From a virus (Duplodnaviria > Caudoviricetes), in the IMG/VR virus record IMGVR_UViG_2895476258_000013, positions 11,634 to 75,633 of that record: a stretch of DNA of 64,000 bases. One strand, written 5' to 3'. This document shows, piece after piece, positions 27,813 through 37,366 of the stretch; the first letter of the stretch is position 1; every line of letters begins with the position of its first letter. The notes below the pieces were generated by a model, which was given only the letters and a program-made list of their open reading frames with translations, made no database searches and was not told where the DNA came from. Position numbers and translations under genes: made by a program.

Positions 27813-28283
27813 ATGCGCATCAAGATGCAGGCCGCCCTTACCTCGCTTCAAGAGCAGGGGCGTCTGGCCATAGCCGCGAACGCCGCGTCCCGCCCCAGCC
27901 CGTCTCTTTCCGATTCGTTGAGCCCACCGCGTCAGGAGGCGCAGGCGCCTGAGCACGAGAGCGTGATATGGCTCCGCGCCGTGATCGAATGCGACAGGGC
28001 GCTCGACTCCGCACTGATAGGCATGGCGGGGCGCGACGGCGGTAGCGAGCAGGCTTCCGCTCACGTCAACCGTCACGATTTCGAGGACGCTGTCGCTCGC
28101 TGTGAAGCGGAGTTGAAGCTTCTCGACCTGCACGTGCCCAATCGCTACGGCTACTGTCTCACCTGCGACCCGGACTCATGCGGATGCGTCGGTAGTGGCG
28201 ACTACCCGTGCTACACGATCAAGGCGCTCCTGTCCGGCTACCGCCACCGCGGAGGCTTCAAGCCCGAGTGGGTGAACGCCTGA
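27813..28283 (+). CDS. DUF6221-like phage protein
   Basis: AELKLLDLH...CLTC...YPCYTIKALLSGYRHR..FKPEW. Confidence 0.6.
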   Translation: MRIKMQAALTSLQEQGRLAIAANAASRPSPSLSDSLSPPRQEAQAPEHESVIWLRAVIECDRALDSALIGMAGRDGGSEQASAHVNRHDFEDAVARCEAELKLLDLHVPNRYGYCLTCDPDSCGCVGSGDYPCYTIKALLSGYRHRGGFKPEWVNA

Positions 28284-28924
28284 TGCGCATCCAGATCCTC
28301 ACTCTCCCGTCCGTCATGGTCGGTGACGACATGGATGAGCCGTTCGCGCTCATCGTGGACCAGCACGACTCGGACCTGGATCAGCAGACCGCCGAGGAGT
28401 GGCAGCGGTTCAAGACCAGCGCTGGGGCACGCGCCCTCCTGATCACCCCGGACACGGTCGAGGTCGTAGGCCGGTACGCAGAGCCTGCGCACAAGGTCGC
28501 CGAAATGGCCGGCTGCGTCCACTGCGACAACGGCGAGCTGAGCGTCGTCGTTGCCTGCGCATGCGCGACACCTTGTTGGAACCCGGACTGCCCCAAGGCT
28601 CGACCAGCAGCCACAGATGGCACGCTCTTCGACAAGCCGGTCCGCCTCGAATGGCCCGAGGGTCCACCTCTCGGACTCTCCCGGCAGACGCTCACGGAGA
28701 AGCTACGCGTGTTCGGCGCCACCCTGCTGGAGCCAAACCCGACCGTCCTGAGTGACCGCAACGGCAGCCCGATGAACATCTTGGCGACGTGCTCGTGCGG
28801 AAAGGCGATGGGACGAGCCTGGAACACGATTGACTCAGACCCTCGCCAGGAACGAACCGAGATCGCCTGCAACGGCTGCGGCAACCGCCTGACCGTCACG
28901 GTTCCTCTCGGGGACCAGACATGA
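28283..28924 (+). CDS. Hypothetical protein with Cys motifs
   Basis: ATG overlaps upstream stop; CxxC pairs. Confidence 0.6.
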   Translation: MRIQILTLPSVMVGDDMDEPFALIVDQHDSDLDQQTAEEWQRFKTSAGARALLITPDTVEVVGRYAEPAHKVAEMAGCVHCDNGELSVVVACACATPCWNPDCPKARPAATDGTLFDKPVRLEWPEGPPLGLSRQTLTEKLRVFGATLLEPNPTVLSDRNGSPMNILATCSCGKAMGRAWNTIDSDPRQERTEIACNGCGNRLTVTVPLGDQT

Positions 28925-29097
28925 GGCGCATCCTCGGAGCGGCACTGATCGCGCTCCCCGTCGTCGTCTTCCTGGCGTCCATGGCCATCAACAAGGGCTG
29001 GTTGTACGTCGTCACGATGCTCGCCATAGCGTCGCTGTCCCTCGGCTGCGTTCTAGGCGGCATGCACCTGCTCGCGCCCAAGGACAACGGCCGCTAG
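28921..29097 (+). CDS. Small two-TM membrane protein (not in ORF track)
   Basis: MRRILGAALIALPVVVFLAS...; ATGA overlap. Confidence 0.6.
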   Translation: MRRILGAALIALPVVVFLASMAINKGWLYVVTMLAIASLSLGCVLGGMHLLAPKDNGR

Positions 29098-29136
29098 ACA
29101 GCCCTAGATTTCCTGATGAAGGGGTGGGGGTAGTCC

Positions 29137-29439
29137 ATGCCGTACGGCCCCACATCTGCCCGCACCGTCCCACTCCCCAAGGGGTGGGGGGTCATACGTA
29201 AGCGCATCCTGAAGCGGGACGGATTCGTCTGCACCTGGATAGACGGCGGGATGCGCTGCTCGGTGCCGGCCACGGACGTGGACCACATCGGAGACCCGGC
29301 AGACCACAGCGAAGCGAATTTGAGAAGCCTCTGCCAGCCACATCACCGCAGACGCAGCTCAGCTCAGGGTGGACGCGCCGCGCAGGCCAAGAAGATCCCG
29401 CGCAAGAGACGCCAGGAAGCCCACCCCGGACTCCTCTGA
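29137..29439 (+). CDS. Packaging-associated HNH endonuclease
   Basis: RILKRDGFVC...C...ATDVDHI...NLRSLCQPHH, upstream of terminase. Confidence 0.85.
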   Translation: MPYGPTSARTVPLPKGWGVIRKRILKRDGFVCTWIDGGMRCSVPATDVDHIGDPADHSEANLRSLCQPHHRRRSSAQGGRAAQAKKIPRKRRQEAHPGLL

Positions 29440-29524
29440 AACGGTCACACAGAGTCGCATCTGTCTCCAGATCGCCGGGCCTAGCAACTACCCGCTGTGA
29501 TAACCGCAGGACGGGAGAGAACCC

Positions 29525-29668
29525 ATGGACGCCGTACTCCTCCTCGCAGCTCTAGCGTTCCTCGCCTCCGCCATCTGGTCCGCCATCCAACGCGCATGGC
29601 CGATCGCTCTACTCGGACTCGGCGCCTTCCTGCTCGCCATCCACGCGAGCGGACTCATCACGCCGTGA
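29525..29668 (+). CDS. Small membrane protein (not in ORF track)
   Basis: MDAVLLLAALAFLASAIW...; RBS GGGAG. Confidence 0.55.
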   Translation: MDAVLLLAALAFLASAIWSAIQRAWPIALLGLGAFLLAIHASGLITP

Positions 29669-29823
29669 GCCTGCATGTCGTGCCCATCGGTGATCTCATA
29701 GACCACACGACCACAGACGAGTGTCCGTGCGGTCCACGAGACCAGTCAGTGACGAGAGACGACGGCACCATCCGATGGCTTGTCGTCCATCACAGCCTCG
29801 ACGGTAGAGAGCTGACCGAGTGA
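29665..29823 (+). CDS. Small hypothetical protein
   Basis: DLIDH...CPCGP...HHSLDGRE; GTGA overlap. Confidence 0.55.
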   Translation: MSLHVVPIGDLIDHTTTDECPCGPRDQSVTRDDGTIRWLVVHHSLDGRELTE

Positions 29824-30181
29824 TCAGCGTTCTATCATGAAGCCGTGATCATGAAGAGCGAATACGGCAAACCGGACAAACGGCGTCCATGCGGGTCGCA
29901 GAGTTCCCGCAGGTCGCAGCCATAGGGTGGGGAATGCCCCCTTTGTCCGTTTTTCCCGCGCCCGCTTCGGCATAGCGCCTCTGATCTTGTACGGGCCGTA
30001 ACGAGTTCCGCCTAGCGATCTTGGCGGCCACCACAGACCACCTCCGACGTGACGACCCTGCGCCGACATGGCCTTTCGTCCATTCGGAGGTTCGCGCTCG
30101 ACCTCGAGTGCATGCTTTCACGCCCCCGCGGCTGTGTCCCCGCCATGGGGGTTGGCCGCCTTCCCGACATGGGAGATTCTG

Positions 30182-30607
30182 ATGGCTCGTACTGGTGGGC
30201 CTGTGCCCAAGAGAAGTGATCAGCGGCGTCGCCGCAACAAGGTGGACATCGACTCGGCCCCGGTCGCGGTCGCGTCCGGAGTGGTCCGCGGGCCTGAGTG
30301 CCCGGAGGACTTCGGCGGGTTGGCGAAGCAATGGTATGAGTCGTTGCGCACATCGGGCCAGTCGGAGTTCTACGCGGATTCGGACTGGACGTCGGCGCTG
30401 ATCATCGCGCGTGCGATCGAGCGGTTCGAGGAGCGTCCGTCTGCGCACATGCTGACCGCGATCCTGTCCGGGTTCGGCTCCCTGGCAGCGACTGAGGGGG
30501 ACCGGCGCAGGCTGCGGATTGAGTTGGAACGCGACGTGGCCAGCGACGAGGACGAGGACGCCGCCGTGCTCGCCATCGATGAATACCAGCGTCGCGTCTC
30601 CGGCTGA
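30182..30607 (+). CDS. terS: Terminase small subunit
   Basis: GPVPKRSDQRRRRNK N-terminus, WYESLRTSGQ...DW, TEGDRRRLRIEL; precedes TerL. Confidence 0.85.
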   Translation: MARTGGPVPKRSDQRRRRNKVDIDSAPVAVASGVVRGPECPEDFGGLAKQWYESLRTSGQSEFYADSDWTSALIIARAIERFEERPSAHMLTAILSGFGSLAATEGDRRRLRIELERDVASDEDEDAAVLAIDEYQRRVSG

Positions 30608-32228
30608 TCGGCTCGTCACTCTCCCTGAAGGTCTGCCTGATCTGACGCTCGGCTGGGAGGTCGTCCGGTGGGCGACCAAGTACTTGAAGCAGCCGAACGG
30701 GCCCCGGGCCGGGCAGCGGTTCGAGTTCACCGACTCGCAGATCCGGTTTCTGCTGTGGTTCTACGCGGTCAACGAGTCGGGCGACTGGCTGTTTCATCAT
30801 GCGGTGCGCCGGCTGGCGAAGGGCTCGGGCAAGTCGCCGTTCGCCGCGTTGTGGGCGCTCGCGGAACTGACGGCGCCGGTACGGCTGAAGGACTTCGATC
30901 GCAAGGCGCCTGGCGGGTGTGTGGGCAAACCGGTCGACATGCCGTGGGTGCAGATCGTGGCCACGGCGGAGAGCCAAACAAAGAACACAATGCGCATGGT
31001 GCGCGCGTTCGCACCCAAGGGTTCCCGGCTGGTCCACGAGTTCGCCTTGGATCCCGGCAAGACGCAGTACTTCAAGGCGCCTGAGGGGACGCTGGAGCAG
31101 ATCACCTCGTCGTACACCGCGGCGGAAGGCGCAGAGGCTACGGCGATCGTCGGTGACGAGTTGGAGCACTGGAAGCCGAACAACGGCGGCACGGACTTGT
31201 CCTCGACGCTGGCGGACAACCTGGCCAAGTCGGGGTCGCGGATGCTCGGCACCTGCAACTCGTGGATCCCCGGCGCAGGCTGCGTCGCAGAAGCCGACTG
31301 GGACGCGTGGGTGGCTCAGGAAGAGGGCCGCACCCGGAATGAGTCCCGGATCCTTTACGACGCTCGGATTGCCCCTCCGGACACGGACATGACGGACGAA
31401 GCCTCGCTGCGCCGCGCCTTGCAGATCGTCTATGACGACTGCTGGTGGGTGAATCCGCAGGCCATCATCACCCGGATCTGGGACCCGAGGTCGAAGCCGG
31501 ATGACAGCCGCCGCAAGTACCTCAACCAGCCGACCGCGGCGGAGGACGCGTGGATCACGCCACAGCAGTGGAGCGCACTCGCGGACCCGACACAGGTTGT
31601 GGCCGACGGCGAAGAGATCGTCGCGTTCTTTGACGGATCCAAGTCCCGCGACGCAACCGCGCTGGTTGGCTGCCGGGTGTCGGACGGGCACGTGTTCACG
31701 ATCGGCGTGTGGGAGCCGGACACCGCGCATGACACCGACTCGGTCGTCCCCGTCCATGAGATCGACGCCGCGGTTGAGCAGATGTTCGGCCGCTGGCAGG
31801 TGCTCGGGTTCTTCTCGGACGTGAAGGAGTGGGAAGGCTTCGCGAAGGTCACCTGGCCGGAGCGATACGCCGACCGGCTGCTCGTCAAGGCCGTCCCGAC
31901 CGGCAAGGATCCGCAACCGATCGCGTGGGACATGCGCAGCCGGGTGTACGACTTCACGCAGGCGTGCGAGCTGACTGAGACCGAGATAGCAGATACGCGG
32001 TTCACGCATGACGGCGATGCCCGTGTTGCCCGGCATATGGGAAACGCGCGCCGCCGGCCGAACCGGTACGGGGTGTCGATCGGCAAGGAATCTCCTGACT
32101 CTCCAAAGAAAATCGATGCCGCTGTGTGCGTGATCGGCGCCCGGATGGTGCGGCGGCTGCTGCTTGCGGCGCCCGGCTACAAGAACCGCAAAACGACCCG
32201 CTCGGGCCGCGTGTACGGATTCGCTTAG
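30579..32228 (+). CDS. terL: Terminase large subunit
   Basis: KGSGKSP Walker A, IVGDELEHW Walker B, FFDGSKSRDATAL nuclease, KIDAAV. Confidence 0.95.
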   Translation: MNTSVASPADRLVTLPEGLPDLTLGWEVVRWATKYLKQPNGPRAGQRFEFTDSQIRFLLWFYAVNESGDWLFHHAVRRLAKGSGKSPFAALWALAELTAPVRLKDFDRKAPGGCVGKPVDMPWVQIVATAESQTKNTMRMVRAFAPKGSRLVHEFALDPGKTQYFKAPEGTLEQITSSYTAAEGAEATAIVGDELEHWKPNNGGTDLSSTLADNLAKSGSRMLGTCNSWIPGAGCVAEADWDAWVAQEEGRTRNESRILYDARIAPPDTDMTDEASLRRALQIVYDDCWWVNPQAIITRIWDPRSKPDDSRRKYLNQPTAAEDAWITPQQWSALADPTQVVADGEEIVAFFDGSKSRDATALVGCRVSDGHVFTIGVWEPDTAHDTDSVVPVHEIDAAVEQMFGRWQVLGFFSDVKEWEGFAKVTWPERYADRLLVKAVPTGKDPQPIAWDMRSRVYDFTQACELTETEIADTRFTHDGDARVARHMGNARRRPNRYGVSIGKESPDSPKKIDAAVCVIGARMVRRLLLAAPGYKNRKTTRSGRVYGFA

Positions 32229-32238
32229 GAGGCATTGG

Positions 32239-33642
32239 GTGGCGCTCGACCAAGAACAGGCTGAGGCCACCGTGCGGACTCTGCTGGAGCTGCGGAAGCC
32301 GGAACAGGCCAGGCTGGATCGGATCGCGGCGTACGTCCGGGGCGAGCACAACAGCGTGTACGTGCCCAGGTCGGCGCGGGACGAGTACACATGGCTGCGC
32401 AACCGCGCCAAGGTCAACATGCTGCGGCTGGTGGTGACGGTCGTCGCCCAGAACCTGTACGTGGACGGCTACCGGCCGGCTGGGATGGCGGACAACGCGG
32501 ATCCGTGGAAGGTGTGGCAGGCGAACCGGATGGACGCCCGCCAGCACGGCATTCACCGGTCAGCGTTGAAGTACGGCATCTCGTACGCCAGCGTGCTGCC
32601 TGGGGAGCCGGTCCCGGTGATCACGCCGATGTCGCCGCGCAGGCTCACCGCCTTCTACAGCGACCCGGCCAACGATGAATGGCCTCTGTTCGCGGTCGAG
32701 GTGACGTCAGAGAAGGTGAAGGGCGAGGGTGGCCGTCTGGTGGCGCGGCGGCTGGTCCGCCTGTACGACGAGACGTCCACGTACCGTTTCACCGGTGACG
32801 CCGAAGGTAGGCGACTTGTGGCCGGCCCGGTGGACGACCACGACATGGGCGTCTGCCCGGTGGTGCGCTACCTGAACGAGATCGACCTGGACGAGGACGA
32901 GGCCGTCGCCGGCGAGGTCGAACCGCTGATCGAGATTCAAGACCAGGTTAACTCCACCACGTTTAACCTGCTCATGGCGCAGCAGTACGCGGCGTTCAGG
33001 CAGCGCTGGGTGACGGGGATGGCGCCGGCGCAGGACACGGACGGCAACCCGATCGAGCCGTTCCGGGCGGGTGTGGACAGGCTGTTCGTGGCTGAGGACG
33101 CGGACACGAAGTTCGGAGAGTTTTCCGAGAGCAGCCTTGAGGGGTACCTGCGGTCGCGGGAGGAGTCGATCCGTGAGATGGCGACCATCAGCCAGACGCC
33201 GCCCTACTACCTGCTCGGGCAGATGGCCAACCTCAGCGCCGAGAGCCTGGTAGCCGCGAGGGACGGCCTTGACCGCAAGGTAGAGGAGCGTAAGTCGTCG
33301 TTCGGTGAGGCGCACGAGCAGACGCTGAGACTGGCGGCGCTGGCCAGCGGCGACAAGGACGCCTGGCAGGACGAGTCCGCACAGGTGGTGTGGCGGGACA
33401 CCTCGAGCCGGGCGCTGGCGGCGACGGTGGACGCCCTCGGCAAGCTCAGCCAGATGCTCGGGGTGCCGCAGCAGGAGCTGTGGGAGAAGATCCCGGGTGT
33501 CACCCAGACGGACGTGGCCAGGTGGAGGTCGTCAGCCGCGGAGGCGGACGCGTTCACCCAGTTGAACCATATGCTGGAACGGCAGATGGCGCCCGCCGCG
33601 GACGATGTGCCGGAGTCGGTGAATGGCCAGCCCGCAGGCTGA
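32239..33642 (+). CDS. Portal protein (SPP1 gp6-like)
   Basis: Follows TerL; WQANRMDARQ, GEVEPLIEIQDQVN, NLSAESL. Confidence 0.92.
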   Translation: MALDQEQAEATVRTLLELRKPEQARLDRIAAYVRGEHNSVYVPRSARDEYTWLRNRAKVNMLRLVVTVVAQNLYVDGYRPAGMADNADPWKVWQANRMDARQHGIHRSALKYGISYASVLPGEPVPVITPMSPRRLTAFYSDPANDEWPLFAVEVTSEKVKGEGGRLVARRLVRLYDETSTYRFTGDAEGRRLVAGPVDDHDMGVCPVVRYLNEIDLDEDEAVAGEVEPLIEIQDQVNSTTFNLLMAQQYAAFRQRWVTGMAPAQDTDGNPIEPFRAGVDRLFVAEDADTKFGEFSESSLEGYLRSREESIREMATISQTPPYYLLGQMANLSAESLVAARDGLDRKVEERKSSFGEAHEQTLRLAALASGDKDAWQDESAQVVWRDTSSRALAATVDALGKLSQMLGVPQQELWEKIPGVTQTDVARWRSSAAEADAFTQLNHMLERQMAPAADDVPESVNGQPAG

Positions 33643-34363
33643 ACGGCTCGCCGAACAGCACCGCGTCCAGCAGGTCGCTCTCCGCGCCGGGGTGAGCCGG
33701 GACGTCGTCGCGTTGCTGCGGGACCTGTTCGACGTCGAGAACGCCGACCGGACGTGGCCCGCCATCCGCTCCATACTCGCGGCCATTGCCGTACAGCAGC
33801 GCGGCACATCGGCGACGCTGGCGAACACCTACTACGGCCAGGCCCGCGCGGAAGCGGACGTCAGCGGCGCGTTCCTGCCGATCAACCCGGCCGCCCTGGC
33901 GGAGGAACTGCTGAAGGTTGTGCTGGACGCCACCGGGATAGCCGCGTTCAAACGGGCTATCGCGCTCGGGAGAACCCCAGAGGAAGCGCTGCAGATCGCC
34001 GGCGTCACCCTGTCCGGGTCGGTCTCCCGTCTGGTGTTGTCCGGCGGCCGGGATCAGATTCTCGGCAACGTGCGTGAGGACCGTCAGGCGGTCGGCTGGG
34101 CTCGGCTGACGGACGCCGACCCGTGCGCCTTCTGCTCGATGCTCGCGTCGCGCGGGCCGGTCTACCGGTCCAAGCAGACGGCGAAGTTCGAAGCTCACGA
34201 CCACTGTGCCTGCATGCCCGTCGCCGCCTGGAGCCGTGACGAGGCGTGGCTGAATCACAGCCGCGACCTGTATGAGCAGTGGCAGGACATCACCCAGGGG
34301 CAGAGCGGCGCGGACGCGCGCAGAGCGTGGCGCAGGCACTGGGACAACCGCAAGGGAGCGTGA
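33623..34363 (+). CDS. Minor capsid/head morphogenesis protein (MuF-like)
   Basis: GWARL...PCAFCSMLASRG...HDHCAC. Confidence 0.8.
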   Translation: MASPQAERLAEQHRVQQVALRAGVSRDVVALLRDLFDVENADRTWPAIRSILAAIAVQQRGTSATLANTYYGQARAEADVSGAFLPINPAALAEELLKVVLDATGIAAFKRAIALGRTPEEALQIAGVTLSGSVSRLVLSGGRDQILGNVREDRQAVGWARLTDADPCAFCSMLASRGPVYRSKQTAKFEAHDHCACMPVAAWSRDEAWLNHSRDLYEQWQDITQGQSGADARRAWRRHWDNRKGA

Positions 34364-34365
34364 AG

Positions 34366-34635
34366 ATGGGTCAGCCCGATGCCGACAAGATGCGGAACCT
34401 CGTCAAGCAGGGCAAGGCCATGCCGACTCCTGCCGAGGACGACCGCCCTGGCCGGTTCCCCATCGCTAACCGTGCCGATCTGGAGAACGCGATCCGCGCA
34501 GTGGGCCGAGTCCGGCCGGACACCGAGGAGGCGCGGGCCGCGGTGCGCCGTTTCATCCTGAAGCGGGCGCGCGAACTCAATCTCGGCGATCTCATCCCGC
34601 CCACGTGGGCCGGAGACGGTTCTCTCAAGAGCTAA
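34366..34635 (+). CDS. Small head-associated hypothetical protein
   Basis: RFPIANRADLENAIRAVG...IPPTW; between minor capsid and scaffold. Confidence 0.6.
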   Translation: MGQPDADKMRNLVKQGKAMPTPAEDDRPGRFPIANRADLENAIRAVGRVRPDTEEARAAVRRFILKRARELNLGDLIPPTWAGDGSLKS

Positions 34636-34734
34636 CTGACCTTTACCAGGGGCCGGAGCCGGCATGGCGCTGGCCCTTTCGTATGCCCCTAGCCCCGCCG
34701 ACACGGCGGGCTGTCCCGACATGGGAGTCACCGA

Positions 34735-35292
34735 ATGTCCGAACCGACACCAGCGGTCGACGTCGAGCAGATGCTTGCCGAGGCTGTTTCCACGCCAGAA
34801 CTGTCCGCGCCCGAGTCTCAGGCGCAGGAGCCCGACACGGGCACCGCACCGAAGGACTGGCAGGCCGAGGCCACCAAGTGGAAGTCCCTGGCCAGAAAGC
34901 ACGAGTCAACGGCCAAGACCCACGCCGACGCGGCGAAGCGTCTCGCAGAGATTGAAGACGCGCAGAAGACCGAGCAGCAGCGCCTCCAAGAACAGGCGAC
35001 GGCCGCTGAGCAGCGAGCAACGAAGCTGCAAGCGGCGAACGCGCGTCTTCTGGCTGCCGCGACGTACGGCATCCCGGCCGATCTGATCGACCTGCTCGGC
35101 GACGGAGACGAAGAGCAGATCAACGAGCGGGCCCGCCTGCTCGCCGAGAGGCTCGCCGCCGCTGTCCCGCCGCCGGCATCCACGGCGCCGGTCAACAGCC
35201 GGCCGGTGGAGTCGCTCAAGCCGGGTGCGGCTCCTGCCGCGTCCGAGCCTGACCCGGACGCGTGGCTGCGCCGCATGGCCGGCCGCACCTAA
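34735..35292 (+). CDS. Capsid scaffolding protein
   Basis: DWQAEATKWKSLARKHE, coiled coil, directly before MCP. Confidence 0.85.
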   Translation: MSEPTPAVDVEQMLAEAVSTPELSAPESQAQEPDTGTAPKDWQAEATKWKSLARKHESTAKTHADAAKRLAEIEDAQKTEQQRLQEQATAAEQRATKLQAANARLLAAATYGIPADLIDLLGDGDEEQINERARLLAERLAAAVPPPASTAPVNSRPVESLKPGAAPAASEPDPDAWLRRMAGRT

Positions 35293-35367
35293 CCATCCAT
35301 TCATCGCAGCAACCGGATTCCTGCACGGGGCCCGGGGCCGCTGCATGCCTGAAAGTGAGGTTGCCCC

Positions 35368-36312
35368 GTGCCCTACAACTCCATCATCAGCAGGGACGCC
35401 AGCAACGACCCGCTCGTCCCGACGCCAGTGTCGGCGCAGATCATTCAGGAGATGCCCGCCAGTTCGGTGATGCTGCAGCGGGCCCTCCAGCGGCGCCTGT
35501 CCAGCAAGACCCAGCGTCAGCCCGTTCTCGATGTGCTGCCGACCGCGTACTTCGTGTCCGGTGATACCGGATTGAAGCAGTCCGGCACCCAGGACTGGAA
35601 GAACGTGGAGCTCGTGGTCGAGGAGCTCGCCGTGATCGTGCCGATCCCGGAGGCGTACCTGGACGACGCTCAGGTGCCGATCTGGGACGAGGTCCGGCCG
35701 CGCATCGTGGAGGCGTTCGGCAACAAGATCGACGCAGCGTGCCTGTTCGGGACGGACAAGCCGTCCACGTGGGGCGCCCCGATCTACCAGAGCGCCGTCG
35801 CCGCGGGCAACGTGGTGACCGCTGGAGCCGACCTGTCGAAGAACGTCGCCGAGCTGGGTGAACTGCTGGCCAAGGACGGCTTCCCTGTGAACGGGTTCGC
35901 GTCCCGCCCGGGGCTGAACTGGAAGCTCGTCGGCCTTCGGACGACTGACGGGCAGGCGATCTACCAGCCGGACCTGCAGGGCCGTCCTGGCGGCACCCTG
36001 TACGGCTACCCGCTGAACGAGGTGTCCAACGGCTCGTGGGACGCGACCGAGGCTGAGCTGATCGCGGGCGACTGGTCCAAGGCGATCATCGGTCTGCGGC
36101 AGGACATCAGCTTCAAGATGTTCACCGAGGGTGTCATCACCGACGGCTCCAACGCCGTCGTGCTGAACCTGATGCAGCAGGACGCGGTCGCGCTCCGCGC
36201 CGTCATGCGGATCGCCTACGCCACCGCAAACCCGGTGACGCGGCTCAACGCCAGCGCGTCCACCCGCTACCCGTTCGGCGTCCTCCGAGCGGCTTCCTAC
36301 ACCTACTCCTGA
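35368..36312 (+). CDS. Major capsid protein (HK97 fold)
   Basis: LVPTPVSAQIIQEM...LAVIVPIPE...GDWSK...DAVALRAVMR. Confidence 0.93.
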   Translation: MPYNSIISRDASNDPLVPTPVSAQIIQEMPASSVMLQRALQRRLSSKTQRQPVLDVLPTAYFVSGDTGLKQSGTQDWKNVELVVEELAVIVPIPEAYLDDAQVPIWDEVRPRIVEAFGNKIDAACLFGTDKPSTWGAPIYQSAVAAGNVVTAGADLSKNVAELGELLAKDGFPVNGFASRPGLNWKLVGLRTTDGQAIYQPDLQGRPGGTLYGYPLNEVSNGSWDATEAELIAGDWSKAIIGLRQDISFKMFTEGVITDGSNAVVLNLMQQDAVALRAVMRIAYATANPVTRLNASASTRYPFGVLRAASYTYS

Positions 36313-36320
36313 TCCCGCGC

Positions 36321-36349
36321 GCCACCCCAGAGCCCCGCTCTGGGGTGGC
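36321..36349 (+). terminator. 13-bp stem-loop after capsid gene (terminator/stabiliser)
   Basis: GCCACCCCAGAGC-ccc-GCTCTGGGGTGGC. Confidence 0.6.
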
Positions 36350-36367
36350 ATCCATGGAGGCTCTTTG

Positions 36368-37363
36368 ATGCGTGTCCTCGCCATGCTCCACCTGTATCCG
36401 CCGGCCGGGAACGCCGGCGCCGAGTGGGCGATGCACACCCTGCTCGCCGCTCTGGTGACGGCGGGCCACGACGTGGACGTCCTGATGATCGAACCGCATC
36501 GGGAGATGAGCGAGCCGTACACGCTGGACGGGGTGCGTGTGCACCCCCGCCGCGGCAAGGGCGACCCGTTCGAGTGGCTGCTGTCGGACCGGGCGCCACA
36601 CGTGATCGTCACACATCTGATGAACACGCCCAGGGCAACCGTGCTGGGGGAGATGTACGGCATCCCCGTCGTGCACGTCCTGCACAACGACCACGACCAC
36701 GAACGGTCCTGGCTGGTCCGAGGCCCCGACCTGGTCGTCTACAACAGCGAGTGGGTGCAACGTTCCTGCCTGGACTGGTGGAAGGACACCCAGACCGGCA
36801 CGCCTCCGCCCGGGGTCGTGGTTCGCCCGCCGGTCATCGCGGAGGACTACGCCACCGAGCCGGGCGACCGCGTCACGTTGATCAACATGTGTGAGAACAA
36901 GGGCGCTCGCCTGTTCTGGGCGCTCGCCAAGCGCATGCCCAAGATGAGGTTCCTCGCAGTCAAAGGCGCCTACGGAGCCCAGATCGTCCAGGACCTCCCC
37001 AACGTCGATGTGCAGGAGCACGTGCCCGGCGGCCAGATGCGCGAGCAGGTGTACGCACGCACGCGGGTGCTGTTGGTGCCGTCGTCGTACGAGTCGTGGG
37101 GCAGGGTCGCGGCCGAGGCGATGGCATCCGGCATCCCGGTGGTGGCTCACCCGACTCCGGGCCTGCTGGAGTCGTGCGGCGACGCCGGCATCTTCTGCGA
37201 CCGCGACGACATCGACGCCTGGGAACGGCAGATCCGCCGCCTGTCCAAGCACCTGGCGTGGAAGAGCGCTTCGGCGAAAGCGCTGGCCCGCTCACGAGAA
37301 CTCGACCCGTCCGCAGACCTGGACCGGTGGGTGTCCGCCATCCAAACCGTCGCAAAGGGGTGA
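36368..37363 (+). CDS. GT-B fold (GT4) glycosyltransferase
   Basis: GAEWAMH...GHDVDVL; ESWGRVAAE (EX7E); AMASGIPVV. Confidence 0.9.
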   Translation: MRVLAMLHLYPPAGNAGAEWAMHTLLAALVTAGHDVDVLMIEPHREMSEPYTLDGVRVHPRRGKGDPFEWLLSDRAPHVIVTHLMNTPRATVLGEMYGIPVVHVLHNDHDHERSWLVRGPDLVVYNSEWVQRSCLDWWKDTQTGTPPPGVVVRPPVIAEDYATEPGDRVTLINMCENKGARLFWALAKRMPKMRFLAVKGAYGAQIVQDLPNVDVQEHVPGGQMREQVYARTRVLLVPSSYESWGRVAAEAMASGIPVVAHPTPGLLESCGDAGIFCDRDDIDAWERQIRRLSKHLAWKSASAKALARSRELDPSADLDRWVSAIQTVAKG

Positions 37364-37366
37364 CCG

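Noticed and set aside
29119-29190. AAGGGGTGGGGG direct repeat near the HNH start
   Set aside because: Only two short G-rich copies, one inside coding sequence; no supportable function
30402-32420. 672-aa minus-strand ORF (likewise 34906..36687, 41190..42623, 43026..45041, 5215..5865)
   Set aside because: Shadow frames opposite terminase, capsid, tape measure and DUF5131 genes; R/P/G-rich, expected in high-GC DNA
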